Positions 19,675 through 29,896 of a stretch of 64,000 bases of DNA are shown in pieces. The notes beneath the pieces are model-generated. The model had not been told where the DNA came from. It ran no database searches and saw only the letters and a program-made list of their open reading frames with translations. This DNA comes from Gloeobacterales cyanobacterium (GTDB taxonomy: Bacteria > Cyanobacteriota > Cyanobacteriia > Gloeobacterales > PMM-0068): NCBI GenBank assembly GCA_038245785.1, contig JBBRSB010000018.1, positions 1 through 64,000 of the forward strand, in the 5' to 3' direction. Within the stretch, counting starts at the first letter, position 1. Every line of letters starts with the position of its first letter. The translations under genes were made by a program, and so were the position numbers.

Positions 19675-20805
19675 TCACGCGACAGGATGATATGTTCCCA
19701 ATAGAGCAGGTCTGCTCGCGCCTGTAACGCCCGGCAAATTTCCTGGTAATCCTGCGTGATAGAGGACTGCGAGCAGCGCAAAGGCGATGGCCTCTTTTGC
19801 ATCAGCATTAAGTACCAAGCTAACTTTTGCGGGAGCAAGTAAATCTTGCAAACGAGCAACTAGATACTGGTTATGAACGCCCCCTCCTCCAAGAAGAACT
19901 TTCTCAGGCTGGTGGGGTAAAAAAGTATGGTAACTATCGGCCACAGAACAAGCCGTCCATTCCGTTAAAGTTGCCAAGAGGTCGGCTGCAGACAAATCCC
20001 AGCCTAATACTCTTTCTAGATAGGCTCTCCCAAAATATTCCCGGCCAGTGGACTTTGGCGGTACCCGCTTGAGATAGGGGTCTGATAGCAGTTCGGCCAG
20101 ACGCTCTGGCTGTACCATTCCTTGGCTAGCCCACATTCCGCCTCGGTCATAGGTCTGCTTGCCTTGCGTCAAATGGCTGACTACGCCGTCCAAGAGCATA
20201 TTTCCTGGTCCTGTATCAAAGGCCAGGACCCTGTCCCGATCTTGATAGGGCAGGTAGGTCACATTGCCAATGCCTCCAAGATTTTGCACACAAAGGACTT
20301 TATCTTTCTGGCTGTAGAGCATGAAATCAATCATTGGCACCAGCGGCGCACCTTGCCCGCCTAAGGCCATATCAGCGGCCCGAAAATTGCTAACCGTAGG
20401 AATTCTCGTCTGCTGAGCAATGATCGTTCCGGAGCCTAGTTGCAGGCTAAATCCCAGCGTTGAGTCTGTGGGAGGTTGATGATGTACGGTCTGACCATGA
20501 GAACCAATCAGGGCGATGTCTTTAGGCGAGAATCCTGCTTGCTGCGTAAGAGCCAATGCACTTTCGGCAAAAGCAAAACCAATCGCCTGGTCCAGGGCTC
20601 CAAAGGTTTCAGCAGTGATGGCTTTACCTTCCGCAAGGGCTAAGATTTGTTGTTTGAGGGAGTCACTATAGGGTGTGCAATGCTCCTCAAGCATTTCTAC
20701 GGAGAGGTTATAGCCTTCGCCAGTTACTCGAACTAGGGCTGCATCAATGCCATCACAGGAAGTGCCACTCATCAGGCCAATCGCTAGCATCTCTTTGATA
20801 TCCAT
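19675..20805 (-). CDS. anmK: Anhydro-N-acetylmuramic acid kinase
   Basis: IGLMSGTSCDGID, GSHGQT, GGQGAPLVP, AFDTGPGN, PKSTGRE, KEAIAFA. Confidence 0.96.
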   Translation of the reverse strand: MDIKEMLAIGLMSGTSCDGIDAALVRVTGEGYNLSVEMLEEHCTPYSDSLKQQILALAEGKAITAETFGALDQAIGFAFAESALALTQQAGFSPKDIALIGSHGQTVHHQPPTDSTLGFSLQLGSGTIIAQQTRIPTVSNFRAADMALGGQGAPLVPMIDFMLYSQKDKVLCVQNLGGIGNVTYLPYQDRDRVLAFDTGPGNMLLDGVVSHLTQGKQTYDRGGMWASQGMVQPERLAELLSDPYLKRVPPKSTGREYFGRAYLERVLGWDLSAADLLATLTEWTACSVADSYHTFLPHQPEKVLLGGGGVHNQYLVARLQDLLAPAKVSLVLNADAKEAIAFALLAVLYHAGLPGNLPGVTGASRPALLGTYHPVA

Positions 20806-20809
20806 AAGA

Positions 20810-20852
20810 CCCCCCTTAGTCCCCCCTTGCCAAGGGGAGGGCTAGGGTGGGG
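20810..20852. repeat. Short dispersed palindromic repeat (same family as 17874)
   Basis: ccccccttagtccccccttgccaaggggagggctagggtgggg. Confidence 0.6.
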
Positions 20853-20942
20853 TAGTACAATGTGCCCAAGCTCATGCTCTCAAACTTGTGTATACACCGT
20901 AGTCTCGAGGGGGAAAGAACTCGCAGCTCAAGTATTCTGTTC

Positions 20943-21977
20943 CTAGGTAGGGGTTTCCAAACCAGAGAGAACGATTTTACCAATGGTTCTGCCAGATTCG
21001 AGTTGAGCATGTGCTTTTGCTAAGTTTTCAGGTGTTAAAGGACCTAGTGTTTCAGTGAGTGTCATCTTGATCACTGCCTTATCAACTAAATCAGCAACAT
21101 GGCTAAGCAAATCATGCTGGGACTGGATATCTTCTGTCTCATACGTGGATTTTGTAAACATAAATTCCCAGGCAAAGGTGGCACTTTTGTTTTTGAGTAG
21201 ATTCATATCTAAGGGTGCTCTGTTTTCAACGATAGAGCAGATTTTTCCTTGAGGCTTAATTACTTCTGCCATATTAGAGAAGTGCTGGTCAGTCTCACTG
21301 AAGCAGAGAATATAATCTACCTCTTTAATATTTAACTTCTGCAACTCACTGGAAAATGGTTCGTAGTGATTGATGCAATAATCTGCGCCTAGATAGGTGC
21401 ACCAGGCAATAGATTCTGTCCTGGAGGCCGTAGCAATCACCTGCAATCCTGCCACCTGTTTCGCTAACTGAATCGCAATCGAACCGACACCACCTGCCCC
21501 AGCGATAATAAGCACCGTACTATGCTGATTCTTGATAGTTTTTTGTGGCTCAATGCCCAATCGCTCAAACAACGCTTCCCAGGCTGTGATAGTAGTCAAG
21601 GGTAAAGCGGCGGCTTCTTCAAAAGAAAAACTGCTCGGTTTGCGCCCAACAATACGTTCATCTACTAACTGAAATTCACTGTTTGATCCAGGGCGGGTAA
21701 TACTGCCAGCATAGTAGACTTCATCGCCCACTTGGAACAGCGATACATCTTCTCCAATCTGTTCGACAACCCCAGCAGCATCCCAGCCTAAAATGCGGGG
21801 TACCTCTTGCCTTTGCTTCACCGAAGACCGCACTTTGTAATCTACAGGGTTAACAGAAATGGCCTTGATGCGAACCAGTAAGTCTTTGCCTGTGGGATTA
21901 GGTTTATCGAGTTCAATTTCTGCGAAACAATCAGGAGAATCGGTGGGCTGATATTGATAGACACCGATGGCTTTCAT
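20943..21977 (-). CDS. Zinc-binding alcohol dehydrogenase family / quinone oxidoreductase
   Basis: ISVNPVDYK, LGWDAAG, AAALPLTTITAWE, AGAGGVGS, WEFMF. Confidence 0.93.
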   Translation of the reverse strand: MKAIGVYQYQPTDSPDCFAEIELDKPNPTGKDLLVRIKAISVNPVDYKVRSSVKQRQEVPRILGWDAAGVVEQIGEDVSLFQVGDEVYYAGSITRPGSNSEFQLVDERIVGRKPSSFSFEEAAALPLTTITAWEALFERLGIEPQKTIKNQHSTVLIIAGAGGVGSIAIQLAKQVAGLQVIATASRTESIAWCTYLGADYCINHYEPFSSELQKLNIKEVDYILCFSETDQHFSNMAEVIKPQGKICSIVENRAPLDMNLLKNKSATFAWEFMFTKSTYETEDIQSQHDLLSHVADLVDKAVIKMTLTETLGPLTPENLAKAHAQLESGRTIGKIVLSGLETPT

Positions 21978-22133
21978 AGGATTTAACCTCGGAATAACAA
22001 CAGTTTCAGGGATTTCTACCTTTTTTATACTGTTCTGGAAACCATATTTTTATCAATTTTTTAGATAAACTAGGGTCGTTTCCAATCTGGCTTTGGTCTA
22101 TAAACGAATGGCAGGGATGCTTAGGACAGAACA

Positions 22134-23189
22134 ATGAAGATTCTTGTAGTAGAAGACGATGAGTTCACCGCCTGCGCCCTCACGGCTATTCTAGACAAGC
22201 ATCGCTATACCGTGGAAGTGGCCGTCGATGGAATGGCGGCCTGGGAACTCGTTCAAGCTTTTGCCTACGACTTAATCTTGCTCGATGTGATGTTGCCTAA
22301 GCTCGATGGGATTGGCCTCTGTCAAAAACTGCGGTCAGAAGGCTATCGGATGCCTATTTTATTGCTGACAGGCCGGGACAGTAGCCACGATAAGGCGGTC
22401 GGGCTCGATGCAGGGGCAGATGATTATGTGAGCAAGCCCTTTAGTGAAGAGGAATTGATGGCCCGTATCCGCGCTTTGCTACGCCGAGGCGGACCGATGG
22501 CTCAGCCCATTTTGGAATGGGGAGGTCTGCATCTAGATCCTAGTACCTGCGAAGTGTCCTACAAAGCCCAACTTCTGTCTCTAACGCCCAAGGAATATGG
22601 CATTCTAGAGCTTTTCCTGCGTAATCATCATCGCGTCTTCAATTGCGGCATGATCCTCGAACATCTGTGGTCCTATGATGAAGCCCCCGGAGAAGAAGCA
22701 ATCAGAACCCATATCAAGGGGCTCCGGCACAAATTAAAAGTAGCTGGAATTCCCACCGATCCGATTGAGACGGTCTACGGGATCGGTTATCGCTTGAAAG
22801 CCTTAGAATCTTCAGAGTCTTCATCTTCACTTAATCAAAAAGAGACTCATAAACAGACCTTAGCCTCAGTCGCCGAAGTTTGGACCCGATTTCAGAAACG
22901 AGTTTCTGAGCAGATAGCCGTGCTGGATCAAGCGGCATCAGCCCTTTCAGAGAAAGCGTTAACTCAGGAACTGCAGCAAAAAGCGATACAGGAAGCACAT
23001 ACGTTAGCCGGAGCTTTAGGCACTTTTAGTTTTATGGAAGGATCTCGGCGGGCACGGGAAATTGAGCATCTCTTGCAATCCAAGCAGGGGCAAGAAGCTG
23101 AGCATCTTCATACATTGGTGACTGCTTTACGTCAGGAAATTGGCGATGTGACAGTTTCTTCTTCGCCAACGGAAGGAATTAAACGTTAG
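22134..23189 (+). CDS. RcaC-like response regulator: REC + OmpR winged HTH + Hpt
   Basis: VEDD, LLDVMLP, DAGADDY.SKP; LTPKEYGILELF, IETVYGIGY; AHTLAGALGTF Hpt motif. Confidence 0.92.
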   Translation: MKILVVEDDEFTACALTAILDKHRYTVEVAVDGMAAWELVQAFAYDLILLDVMLPKLDGIGLCQKLRSEGYRMPILLLTGRDSSHDKAVGLDAGADDYVSKPFSEEELMARIRALLRRGGPMAQPILEWGGLHLDPSTCEVSYKAQLLSLTPKEYGILELFLRNHHRVFNCGMILEHLWSYDEAPGEEAIRTHIKGLRHKLKVAGIPTDPIETVYGIGYRLKALESSESSSSLNQKETHKQTLASVAEVWTRFQKRVSEQIAVLDQAASALSEKALTQELQQKAIQEAHTLAGALGTFSFMEGSRRAREIEHLLQSKQGQEAEHLHTLVTALRQEIGDVTVSSSPTEGIKR

Positions 23190-23229
23190 GTTTGCGTGTA
23201 GATGTGTAGATGGGATTCCCTGCTGTCGC

Positions 23230-23646
23230 CTAAGCGTGTTGATTTTTATTTGGCAAAATATGCCAAATCTTTGCAGCAATTAAGGGAGACAGGGTCAACC
23301 AAACCATACCAAAGGGCATTAATCCACCTTGCATCACATTGTAGTCAGCGGCGATTTGTTCCCACGAATAGCCTAAAATGAAGCGACCCAAAACCATCTC
23401 AAATACAACCGTTAGTAGTAGCCATAGCACGCCAACGCTGAGCAATTGAGAGACGCGCGAAGCATGAAGCCAACGCACAAAAAGGGTGGCAATTGTCAAC
23501 ATCAAAATTGACGCCATCACAAAGGAGAGTTGATGTGCCCGCAGATCACCCAAGGTTGGTACTAGCCATAGCATGCGAATAGTTCCATTCAGGCTTTCAG
23601 CAAGAATAAGCACGAACCAAACAATAATGCCCTTGAGCAGTATCAT
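23230..23646 (-). CDS. Hypothetical multi-pass membrane protein
   Basis: Four hydrophobic segments, AESLNGTIR motif; AGGAG RBS. Confidence 0.8.
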   Translation of the reverse strand: MILLKGIIVWFVLILAESLNGTIRMLWLVPTLGDLRAHQLSFVMASILMLTIATLFVRWLHASRVSQLLSVGVLWLLLTVVFEMVLGRFILGYSWEQIAADYNVMQGGLMPFGMVWLTLSPLIAAKIWHILPNKNQHA

Positions 23647-23673
23647 GTCTCAACTCCTTAAGGTTTCATGTTT

Positions 23674-23706
23674 ACCTTAGACAACAAAGTTGAGAAACTT
23701 GTGAGG
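23674..23706 (-). promoter_or_regulatory. CCTCA direct-repeat box + -10 (copy 1)
   Basis: Minus strand: CCTCA caagtt TCTCA actttgttgtc TAAGGT, upstream of 23230-23646. Confidence 0.75.
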
Positions 23707-23760
23707 GTAAAAATAGGAGTAAAAGAGTCCTACTTCAAAATACTAAGTTTTGATAGGTTC

Positions 23761-25269
23761 CTATGAATGGGGTTTTCGGGTATAGCGGTGTTTGACGCCT
23801 ACTGGGAAATCCTGCGGATCTCCTGTGGGTGCAAGCATTACCTGTGGTTTCTGATATTCAGCCGGAACATAGTTGGCAAACTCGCTGTTAAGCCTGAGTA
23901 GCTGAGATTGTATCGATTCAGCGATCGCTTGCTGTTTTTGTTCGTTTGCTTCAATGCCCGGTGCCAGTTCCACCGCTATCCATAAAAATCGATTCTGGTC
24001 TGCGTCTTCCTGGACTTGGAGCACAAACTTTCCGGTTACCCAATCTTGAATAACAGGTTGCTCTAAACCAACGGTGACATTTTCGGGATAGATGTTTGCG
24101 CCAAAGTAGGAAACGGTGAAATCAGACCGTCCGAAGACATAAACAAAAGGCAAGGGATATATTCCTCTAGCTTTGTCCAAGGTGCTAAGAGGATCAAATC
24201 CCTGGGCTGCCAAGAACTGAAGCATGGATTCATAGGCGATCAAACCGCCCGTGTCCGCAATGTGATAGCGCACTAGAGGAATTCCGTTGTCTCCAGAGAA
24301 TAGGAGCGTGCCTTCGTGGGCTTCAAAGAAGCGGCTAAACGGATCGTACTGGACCAAAGTAGGCAAGCGAGATTCGCCAAAGAGACTGCGGGCCGCCTCA
24401 GGATGGTCTGCCAAGAAACGGCGGATCGTAATACTCAACGGAGTTTCATTGCCTAAAACGCCTGCATCGGCCGTGCCATAGAGAGAAGCAAAGTCATAGC
24501 AAGGATTATGGGAGCCCATGCGCTCACCGACGAGCGTGCGCCATTCTTCACTAAATACTTCTCCGGCTAAAACCAGCTTGATTGCATATTGTGACCAGTT
24601 AATCCCTTGGCTGATACCACGGTCCAAGGTGTCCTTGAGAAAAGGAGGATAGCCGAGGAGGACCACTTGCTCATAAGCGGGGCCTAGTTCCTGCACCACC
24701 CGAAGAATCTCAACTTGGTTGTTGCCAGGAGTAATCACGGTAATTGGATAACCTTTGCTCGCCAGCCAACGGCAGCAGTTGGTCGTAAACATCCCACCTA
24801 CCCAAGTGCCCAAGGTGAAACAAATCACGGCCAAGGTGCGGCGCTGATCCGCCCCAAAGCTATCCCGAAATATCTGTTCAAACCGAGTAGCAATATGCAG
24901 TTCATCGGTCAAAAAACGGGGCCAAAAGGTTGGCTTTCCTGTGGAACCTGAGGAGGCGGCAATCATATCGCACTGTTCCAGTTGCCCATTGCGGCAGAGG
25001 TTGGAGAGTGGGTGCTGAAGTATATAATTCCGCTTGGTGATCAGGGGCAGTTTCTGGAAATCTTCTAATGTTTGAACGGAAGTCGGGTTTAGATTATGTT
25101 CTTGCAAAAAAGTTTGATAGGCCGGAACCGTAGTAGCGACCCTATGAAAAAGATCGAGCACAGCAGACTCTGCCTTTGTTGCTGCTGAAAGAGAAAGTAA
25201 TTCTTCCAATGGAGTGGCTAGAAAATTCTGTACTGCCTCAAGTGCTTGGTTCCGCCGTTCTTCGAGCAT
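23761..25269 (-). CDS. Phenylacetate-CoA ligase (PaaK)-like adenylate-forming protein
   Basis: SSGSTGKP, LAGE, YGTAD, PLVRY.IAD, GRSD motifs. Confidence 0.88.
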   Translation of the reverse strand: MLEERRNQALEAVQNFLATPLEELLSLSAATKAESAVLDLFHRVATTVPAYQTFLQEHNLNPTSVQTLEDFQKLPLITKRNYILQHPLSNLCRNGQLEQCDMIAASSGSTGKPTFWPRFLTDELHIATRFEQIFRDSFGADQRRTLAVICFTLGTWVGGMFTTNCCRWLASKGYPITVITPGNNQVEILRVVQELGPAYEQVVLLGYPPFLKDTLDRGISQGINWSQYAIKLVLAGEVFSEEWRTLVGERMGSHNPCYDFASLYGTADAGVLGNETPLSITIRRFLADHPEAARSLFGESRLPTLVQYDPFSRFFEAHEGTLLFSGDNGIPLVRYHIADTGGLIAYESMLQFLAAQGFDPLSTLDKARGIYPLPFVYVFGRSDFTVSYFGANIYPENVTVGLEQPVIQDWVTGKFVLQVQEDADQNRFLWIAVELAPGIEANEQKQQAIAESIQSQLLRLNSEFANYVPAEYQKPQVMLAPTGDPQDFPVGVKHRYTRKPHS

Positions 25270-25400
25270 AGGGCTACCTAATCTACACAACCGTCAGCTC
25301 TATTTTCAAACTTTTTTAGAATTTGGCGAAGGTTAGTCAGCCCGATTGATACGCTGAGGAGCAGGGGATGGATGATTAGAGAGCCGCAGGAGTAAAGGAA

Positions 25401-27386
25401 ATGGCAGACCAGCCGATCAAAATCTTATTGGTTGAAGATAATCCTGGAGATGTCCGTTTACTGCAGGAACTCTTAGAAGAGGTCGCTAATGCTCCATTCC
25501 TATTGACTGTAGTGGAGCGGCTAGAGGGAGCACTTCACTATTTAGCAAAAGAACAGGTAGACCTTATTCTCTTGGATCTTTCCTTGCCAGACAGTCAGGG
25601 GCTAGAAACTTTTACCAAGATCCATGATCATGCCGTTGCCATTCCAATCGTAGTACTTACAGGACTAGATCATGAAACCCTGACCAAACAAGTAATACAG
25701 GCAGGAGCTCAGGATTATCTGGTCAAAGGGCAGGTGGATGGACCTTTGTTGGTGCGCTCTATGCGCTATGCCATCGAACGTAAACGGACAGAAGAGACCT
25801 TACGCAGAGTGAATGATGAGCTGGAATTGAGAGTGGCAGAGCGAACTGCTGAACTTATTAATATCAACAGCCAGCTAGAACTGGAACTTGAAGAGCGAAA
25901 GCAAATAGAAGAGTCTCTCAGAGTTTCCCAAACTCGCTTTGCAGGCATCCTGGAAATTGCCAATGATGCCATTATTTCTGTGGATACGCATCAACGTATT
26001 ACCTTATTTAATCAAGGGGCCGAAAAGATTTTTGGCTATTCTACCCAAGAAGTTTTAGGTCAACCCCTTAACTTGCTTTTGCCAGGACGGTTTGCCAGCG
26101 CTCATCGCCAACACGTCGTTGACTTTACCCATACTCCTGGGAAGGCCCGGAAAATGGGTGAGCGACAGGAGATTTTTGGCCGTCGTAAGGATGGAACCGA
26201 ATTTCCGGCAGAAGCCTCGATTTCAAGGCTGGAAGTCGGAGGTGAACAGGTCTTTACGGCAATTTTGAGAGACATTAGTGACCGTAAGCAGGCAGAAGAA
26301 GCGCTAGAACAGCTCGGTCGTCAGAATGAACTGATTTTGACTTCCGTGGGGGAAGGGCTCTGCGGGGTGGACCTACAGGGAAAGACTACCTTTGTGAATC
26401 CAGCCGCCGCCAAACTCTTGGGATACTCCGTGGAAGAGCTACTGGGTCAGTCGATAGAAGTCCTACTTCCTCCCTATAAAACAGACGGAACAGCCTATGA
26501 TCTGACCTCATCACCCCTTTATGCCGCTCTGCGCAGAGGTCTGATTCATCAGGGCATGGATGAAATATTTCAGCGCAAAAATGGTTCTATTTTTCCAGTT
26601 GAATATATCTGTACACCGATTCGAGAGCAGAAAGAGATTGTAGGCGTCGTTATTGCTTTTAAAGATATTACCGAACGGCAAATGGTCGAGCGCATGAAGG
26701 ACGAGTTCGTCTCAGTAGTAAGCCATGAACTGCGAACGCCCTTAACCTCTATCCATGGGGCCTTAAGAATGCTTGCCAGCGGTTTGCTGAATAACCAACC
26801 GGAAAAGGGGAAGCGTCTACTAGAGATTGCGGTAGATAGTACAGACCGTTTAGCGCGCTTGATCAACGACATTTTGGATGTGGAACGCATCGAGTCAGGC
26901 AAAGTGACCATGAATAAAAAAGTCTGCTACACGACTGACTTGATGGATCGGGCGGCAGATGTCATGCAAGCGATGGCAGAGAAAGGAGGTGTCACCCTAT
27001 CGGCTTCTGCGGTATCTGTTCCTCTATGGGTAGACCCAGACCGGATTATGCAGACCTTGACCAATCTACTCAGTAACGCGATTAAATTCTCTCCCCGAGG
27101 GGCGACCGTTTGGCTAAAAGCCGAGGAACAAGGCGAACATGTTCTGTTTCAGGTCAAAGATCAAGGCCGAGGGATTCCTCAAGATAAACTCGAATCTATT
27201 TTTGAGCGTTTCCAACAGGTGGATACTTCTGATGCGCGTAACCATGAAGGTACAGGGTTAGGTTTAGCCATTTGCCGGAGTATCGTTCAGCAGCATGACG
27301 GCCAGATTTGGGTTGAAAGTACCCTTGGAGAAGGGAGCACATTTTACTTCACCCTCCCTCTAGCGCGTCCGAGAGGCAAGAAATGA
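25401..27386 (+). CDS. Hybrid histidine kinase REC-PAS-PAS-HisKA-HATPase
   Basis: VEDNPGD/LLDLSLPD receiver; two PAS domains; SHELRTPL, NLLSNAIKFS, DQGRGIP, GTGLGL. Confidence 0.95.
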   Translation: MADQPIKILLVEDNPGDVRLLQELLEEVANAPFLLTVVERLEGALHYLAKEQVDLILLDLSLPDSQGLETFTKIHDHAVAIPIVVLTGLDHETLTKQVIQAGAQDYLVKGQVDGPLLVRSMRYAIERKRTEETLRRVNDELELRVAERTAELININSQLELELEERKQIEESLRVSQTRFAGILEIANDAIISVDTHQRITLFNQGAEKIFGYSTQEVLGQPLNLLLPGRFASAHRQHVVDFTHTPGKARKMGERQEIFGRRKDGTEFPAEASISRLEVGGEQVFTAILRDISDRKQAEEALEQLGRQNELILTSVGEGLCGVDLQGKTTFVNPAAAKLLGYSVEELLGQSIEVLLPPYKTDGTAYDLTSSPLYAALRRGLIHQGMDEIFQRKNGSIFPVEYICTPIREQKEIVGVVIAFKDITERQMVERMKDEFVSVVSHELRTPLTSIHGALRMLASGLLNNQPEKGKRLLEIAVDSTDRLARLINDILDVERIESGKVTMNKKVCYTTDLMDRAADVMQAMAEKGGVTLSASAVSVPLWVDPDRIMQTLTNLLSNAIKFSPRGATVWLKAEEQGEHVLFQVKDQGRGIPQDKLESIFERFQQVDTSDARNHEGTGLGLAICRSIVQQHDGQIWVESTLGEGSTFYFTLPLARPRGKK

Positions 27387-27751
27387 AACGCATTCTGGTC
27401 ATTGATAACGAGCCCTATATCCAAGAAGTGACTCAAATTAGCCTGGAAACTGTAGCGGGTTGGGAGGTTCTAACGGCTGGGTCGGGCCAGGAAGGATTAG
27501 TCGTGGCAGAACGGGAGCAGCCAGACGCCATTCTTTTAGATGTGATGATGCCTGATATGGACGGACCGACCACCTTTCAACAGCTGCAGAAGAATCCTCA
27601 GACCTGCCAGATCCCGGTGATTCTATTGACGGCTAAGGTTCAGGACTCCGACCGCCGCCGCTACCAAGAAATGGGCATGACGGCCACTATTGCAAAGCCT
27701 TTCGATCCTCTGCAACTAGCCAATCAGGTGGCAGAAGCCTTGGGTTGGTAA
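27383..27751 (+). CDS. Single-domain response regulator (CheY-like)
   Basis: LLDVMMPDMDG, LTAK, KPFDP; start overlaps the kinase stop. Confidence 0.95.
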   Translation: MKRILVIDNEPYIQEVTQISLETVAGWEVLTAGSGQEGLVVAEREQPDAILLDVMMPDMDGPTTFQQLQKNPQTCQIPVILLTAKVQDSDRRRYQEMGMTATIAKPFDPLQLANQVAEALGW

Positions 27752-27784
27752 CCTCACAAGTTCCTCAAATTGTTTGTTTATCCT
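27752..27784 (+). promoter_or_regulatory. CCTCA direct-repeat box + -10 (copy 2)
   Basis: CCTCA caagtt CCTCA aattgtttgtt TATCCT, upstream of hsp20. Confidence 0.8.
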
Positions 27785-27852
27785 CAGAGTAGAGTTCATT
27801 GGGTTCTATACAGAACCGATGACTCCTCTGCACTCCAAGGAGGTAAATCCTC

Positions 27853-28521
27853 ATGTCATTAATTCGTTGGCAGCCTTTTCATGAATTAGATAATTTACGA
27901 AATCAAATGAATCATTTGTTTGAGGAGCTTGTCCATGGCGAACGTGAGATTCCATTCTTTCCTAAAGGTGAGATTGTTTGGTCTCCTGCTGTTGAACTAA
28001 AAGAAACAGAAACGGAAGTGATCCTGAAAGCTCAAATCCCTGGCATTGATGCCAAAGATCTCAATGTGGAAGTGAGCCAGGAATCTGTTTCAATTGCGGG
28101 AGAGCATCGAGAAGAGAAAAAGTCAGAAGAGAAAGGCTTTTTCCGTTCTGAATTCCGTTATGGGAAGTTTGAACGCTTAGTTCCATTGCCTGCCCCTATT
28201 AAAACAGACCAGATCCAGTCTGAATTCAAAAATGGTCTCTTGACCTTGACTATGCCGAAAATGGCACAAGCTGATCGGAAAGTAGTGAAAGTCAATCTAA
28301 CGGAAGACACTCGAAAAGTTGCGACTGAAGCACGTCAGTATCAAGAACATCTGCAAGACACGATGACTAGCCGTTTGGCAGGAGATATAGATGCCCAACA
28401 AGCGTCTGACATTCAGCAAACCGCTAGAGAATTAGCGACGGAACAACATCAACAAGAAGGGCAAGTTCAGAAGAATATGCTGGAGCGCTCGGAAGAGAAT
28501 CTAGCGAGTACTTCTTCTTAG
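27853..28521 (+). CDS. hspA: Small heat-shock protein (Hsp20) with long C-terminal extension
   Basis: MSLIRWQPF, PAVEL.ET, SEFRYGKFERLVPLP, NGLLTLTMPK; strong AGGAGG RBS. Confidence 0.9.
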   Translation: MSLIRWQPFHELDNLRNQMNHLFEELVHGEREIPFFPKGEIVWSPAVELKETETEVILKAQIPGIDAKDLNVEVSQESVSIAGEHREEKKSEEKGFFRSEFRYGKFERLVPLPAPIKTDQIQSEFKNGLLTLTMPKMAQADRKVVKVNLTEDTRKVATEARQYQEHLQDTMTSRLAGDIDAQQASDIQQTARELATEQHQQEGQVQKNMLERSEENLASTSS

Positions 28522-28552
28522 AGAAAGGAGCCCCTGCTCTTTCTCTAAGAAG
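28514..28552. terminator. Stem-loop at the end of hsp20
   Basis: cttcttagagaaag ... ctttctctaagaag, 14-bp perfect stem. Confidence 0.6.
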
Positions 28553-28789
28553 AGTAGTAAAAGGGTAGGGGCCGTTTATTTTAACTTTGAGGATTCACTA
28601 TGTTGCCACAATATGATCCTATTAAGCTTAAATTCCCCCTTGGGAAATACCTTTTTCAATTGCGCAGTAATTCTAGAATATGGAGTCCGATGGCATTTTG
28701 GTTTAAGTACAGAGTTGAACTCTTTGAAAAATGTTTGGCTCTGAACGCTTTGGAAGGAAAATATTAGATAGCCTCTAAAGGAGGCGAGT

Positions 28790-29197
28790 GTGGAGACTAT
28801 CAGGAAGATAAATAATGAACTGGCTATTGCTGGTAAAATCGGGCCAGAACAGCTTAAGCAGATTGCCCAGGAGGGTTTTAAATCTGTACTCAACTTGCAG
28901 ATTCCAGAGGAAAAAGGCTTCCTGATCAATGAACAGCAGCAGGCTGAAGACTTAGGCTTGAAATATGTTCATATGCCTATTGCTCTTGAGGCTATTAATC
29001 ATAATGAGATTACAGCTCAAGTCCTTCAGAAAATCGCAGAGCTAGCTAAACCTGTCTTAGTTCATTGCAGTAGTGATGTGCGGGCCGCTGCTATAGTTTT
29101 GATCTATATCTCTACCCGCCAGGGAGTGCCCCTAGATAAGGCTTTTCAACAAGCAGAAAAACTGGGTTTATTTAGAGGATTAAGCCATATCTCCTAA
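28790..29197 (+). CDS. DUF442 / phosphatase-like (beta-lactamase-hydrolase-like) sulfur transferase domain protein
   Basis: GFKSVLNL, LGLKYVHMP, KPVLVHCSS..RAA. Confidence 0.82.
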   Translation: METIRKINNELAIAGKIGPEQLKQIAQEGFKSVLNLQIPEEKGFLINEQQQAEDLGLKYVHMPIALEAINHNEITAQVLQKIAELAKPVLVHCSSDVRAAAIVLIYISTRQGVPLDKAFQQAEKLGLFRGLSHIS

Positions 29198-29252
29198 TAG
29201 ATATATTTGAGTCATTTTTAATGCTAGATCAACTATAAGGAGGCGATAGATA

Positions 29253-29864
29253 ATGAGTATAGGTCAAAAAGTAGTTGGCATCGTCGGCAGTTATCGAAAA
29301 AATGGCATTATTGACTCTGTTGTGACAGAGATTCTTGCAGAGGCTGAGCAGCAAGGTGCAGAAACCAAAAAGATTTACCTCCAGGACCAACATATTGAAT
29401 TTTGTACCAACTGCCGTGTATGTCTTCAAGAACCAGGCTTGGAGAGAGGTCATTGTGTCCTAAAAGACGATATGGAAAATGTTTTGAAAGAAATTGAAAG
29501 TGCTGATTCTCTTGTCATTGGAGCACCCGTAAATTTTGGAAATATTAATGCACTGACAAGACAGTTCTTAGAAAGGTGCGTAGTTTACGGCTATTGGCCG
29601 TGGAATGCAGCAAGTCCCAAGATCAGGAATCCAAAGATGCGCAAAAAAGCGGTTCTCGTTTCATCCAGTGCTGCCCCTGCTTGGATGGGAAGGTTCCTGA
29701 CAGGAGCACTCGGTGCTTTGAAAGACTTAGCTAAGATGCTGGGAGCAAAAACTATTGGGGTTATCTGGGTTAGTTTGGTGAACTCAAAAGAGGTGAAGCT
29801 CTCTGACAAGATTAAACAAAAAGCGAAGCGATTAGGTCGGTCTCTGGTACTTGAGCCTCTTTAA
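29253..29864 (+). CDS. Flavodoxin-family / iron-sulfur flavoprotein (NADPH-dependent FMN reductase fold)
   Basis: GSYRKNG, CxxCxxC...C, ADSLVIGAPVNFG. Confidence 0.88.
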   Translation: MSIGQKVVGIVGSYRKNGIIDSVVTEILAEAEQQGAETKKIYLQDQHIEFCTNCRVCLQEPGLERGHCVLKDDMENVLKEIESADSLVIGAPVNFGNINALTRQFLERCVVYGYWPWNAASPKIRNPKMRKKAVLVSSSAAPAWMGRFLTGALGALKDLAKMLGAKTIGVIWVSLVNSKEVKLSDKIKQKAKRLGRSLVLEPL

Positions 29865-29896
29865 CTCAATGAAAACTACTGGAGGACGCTCTGGAC

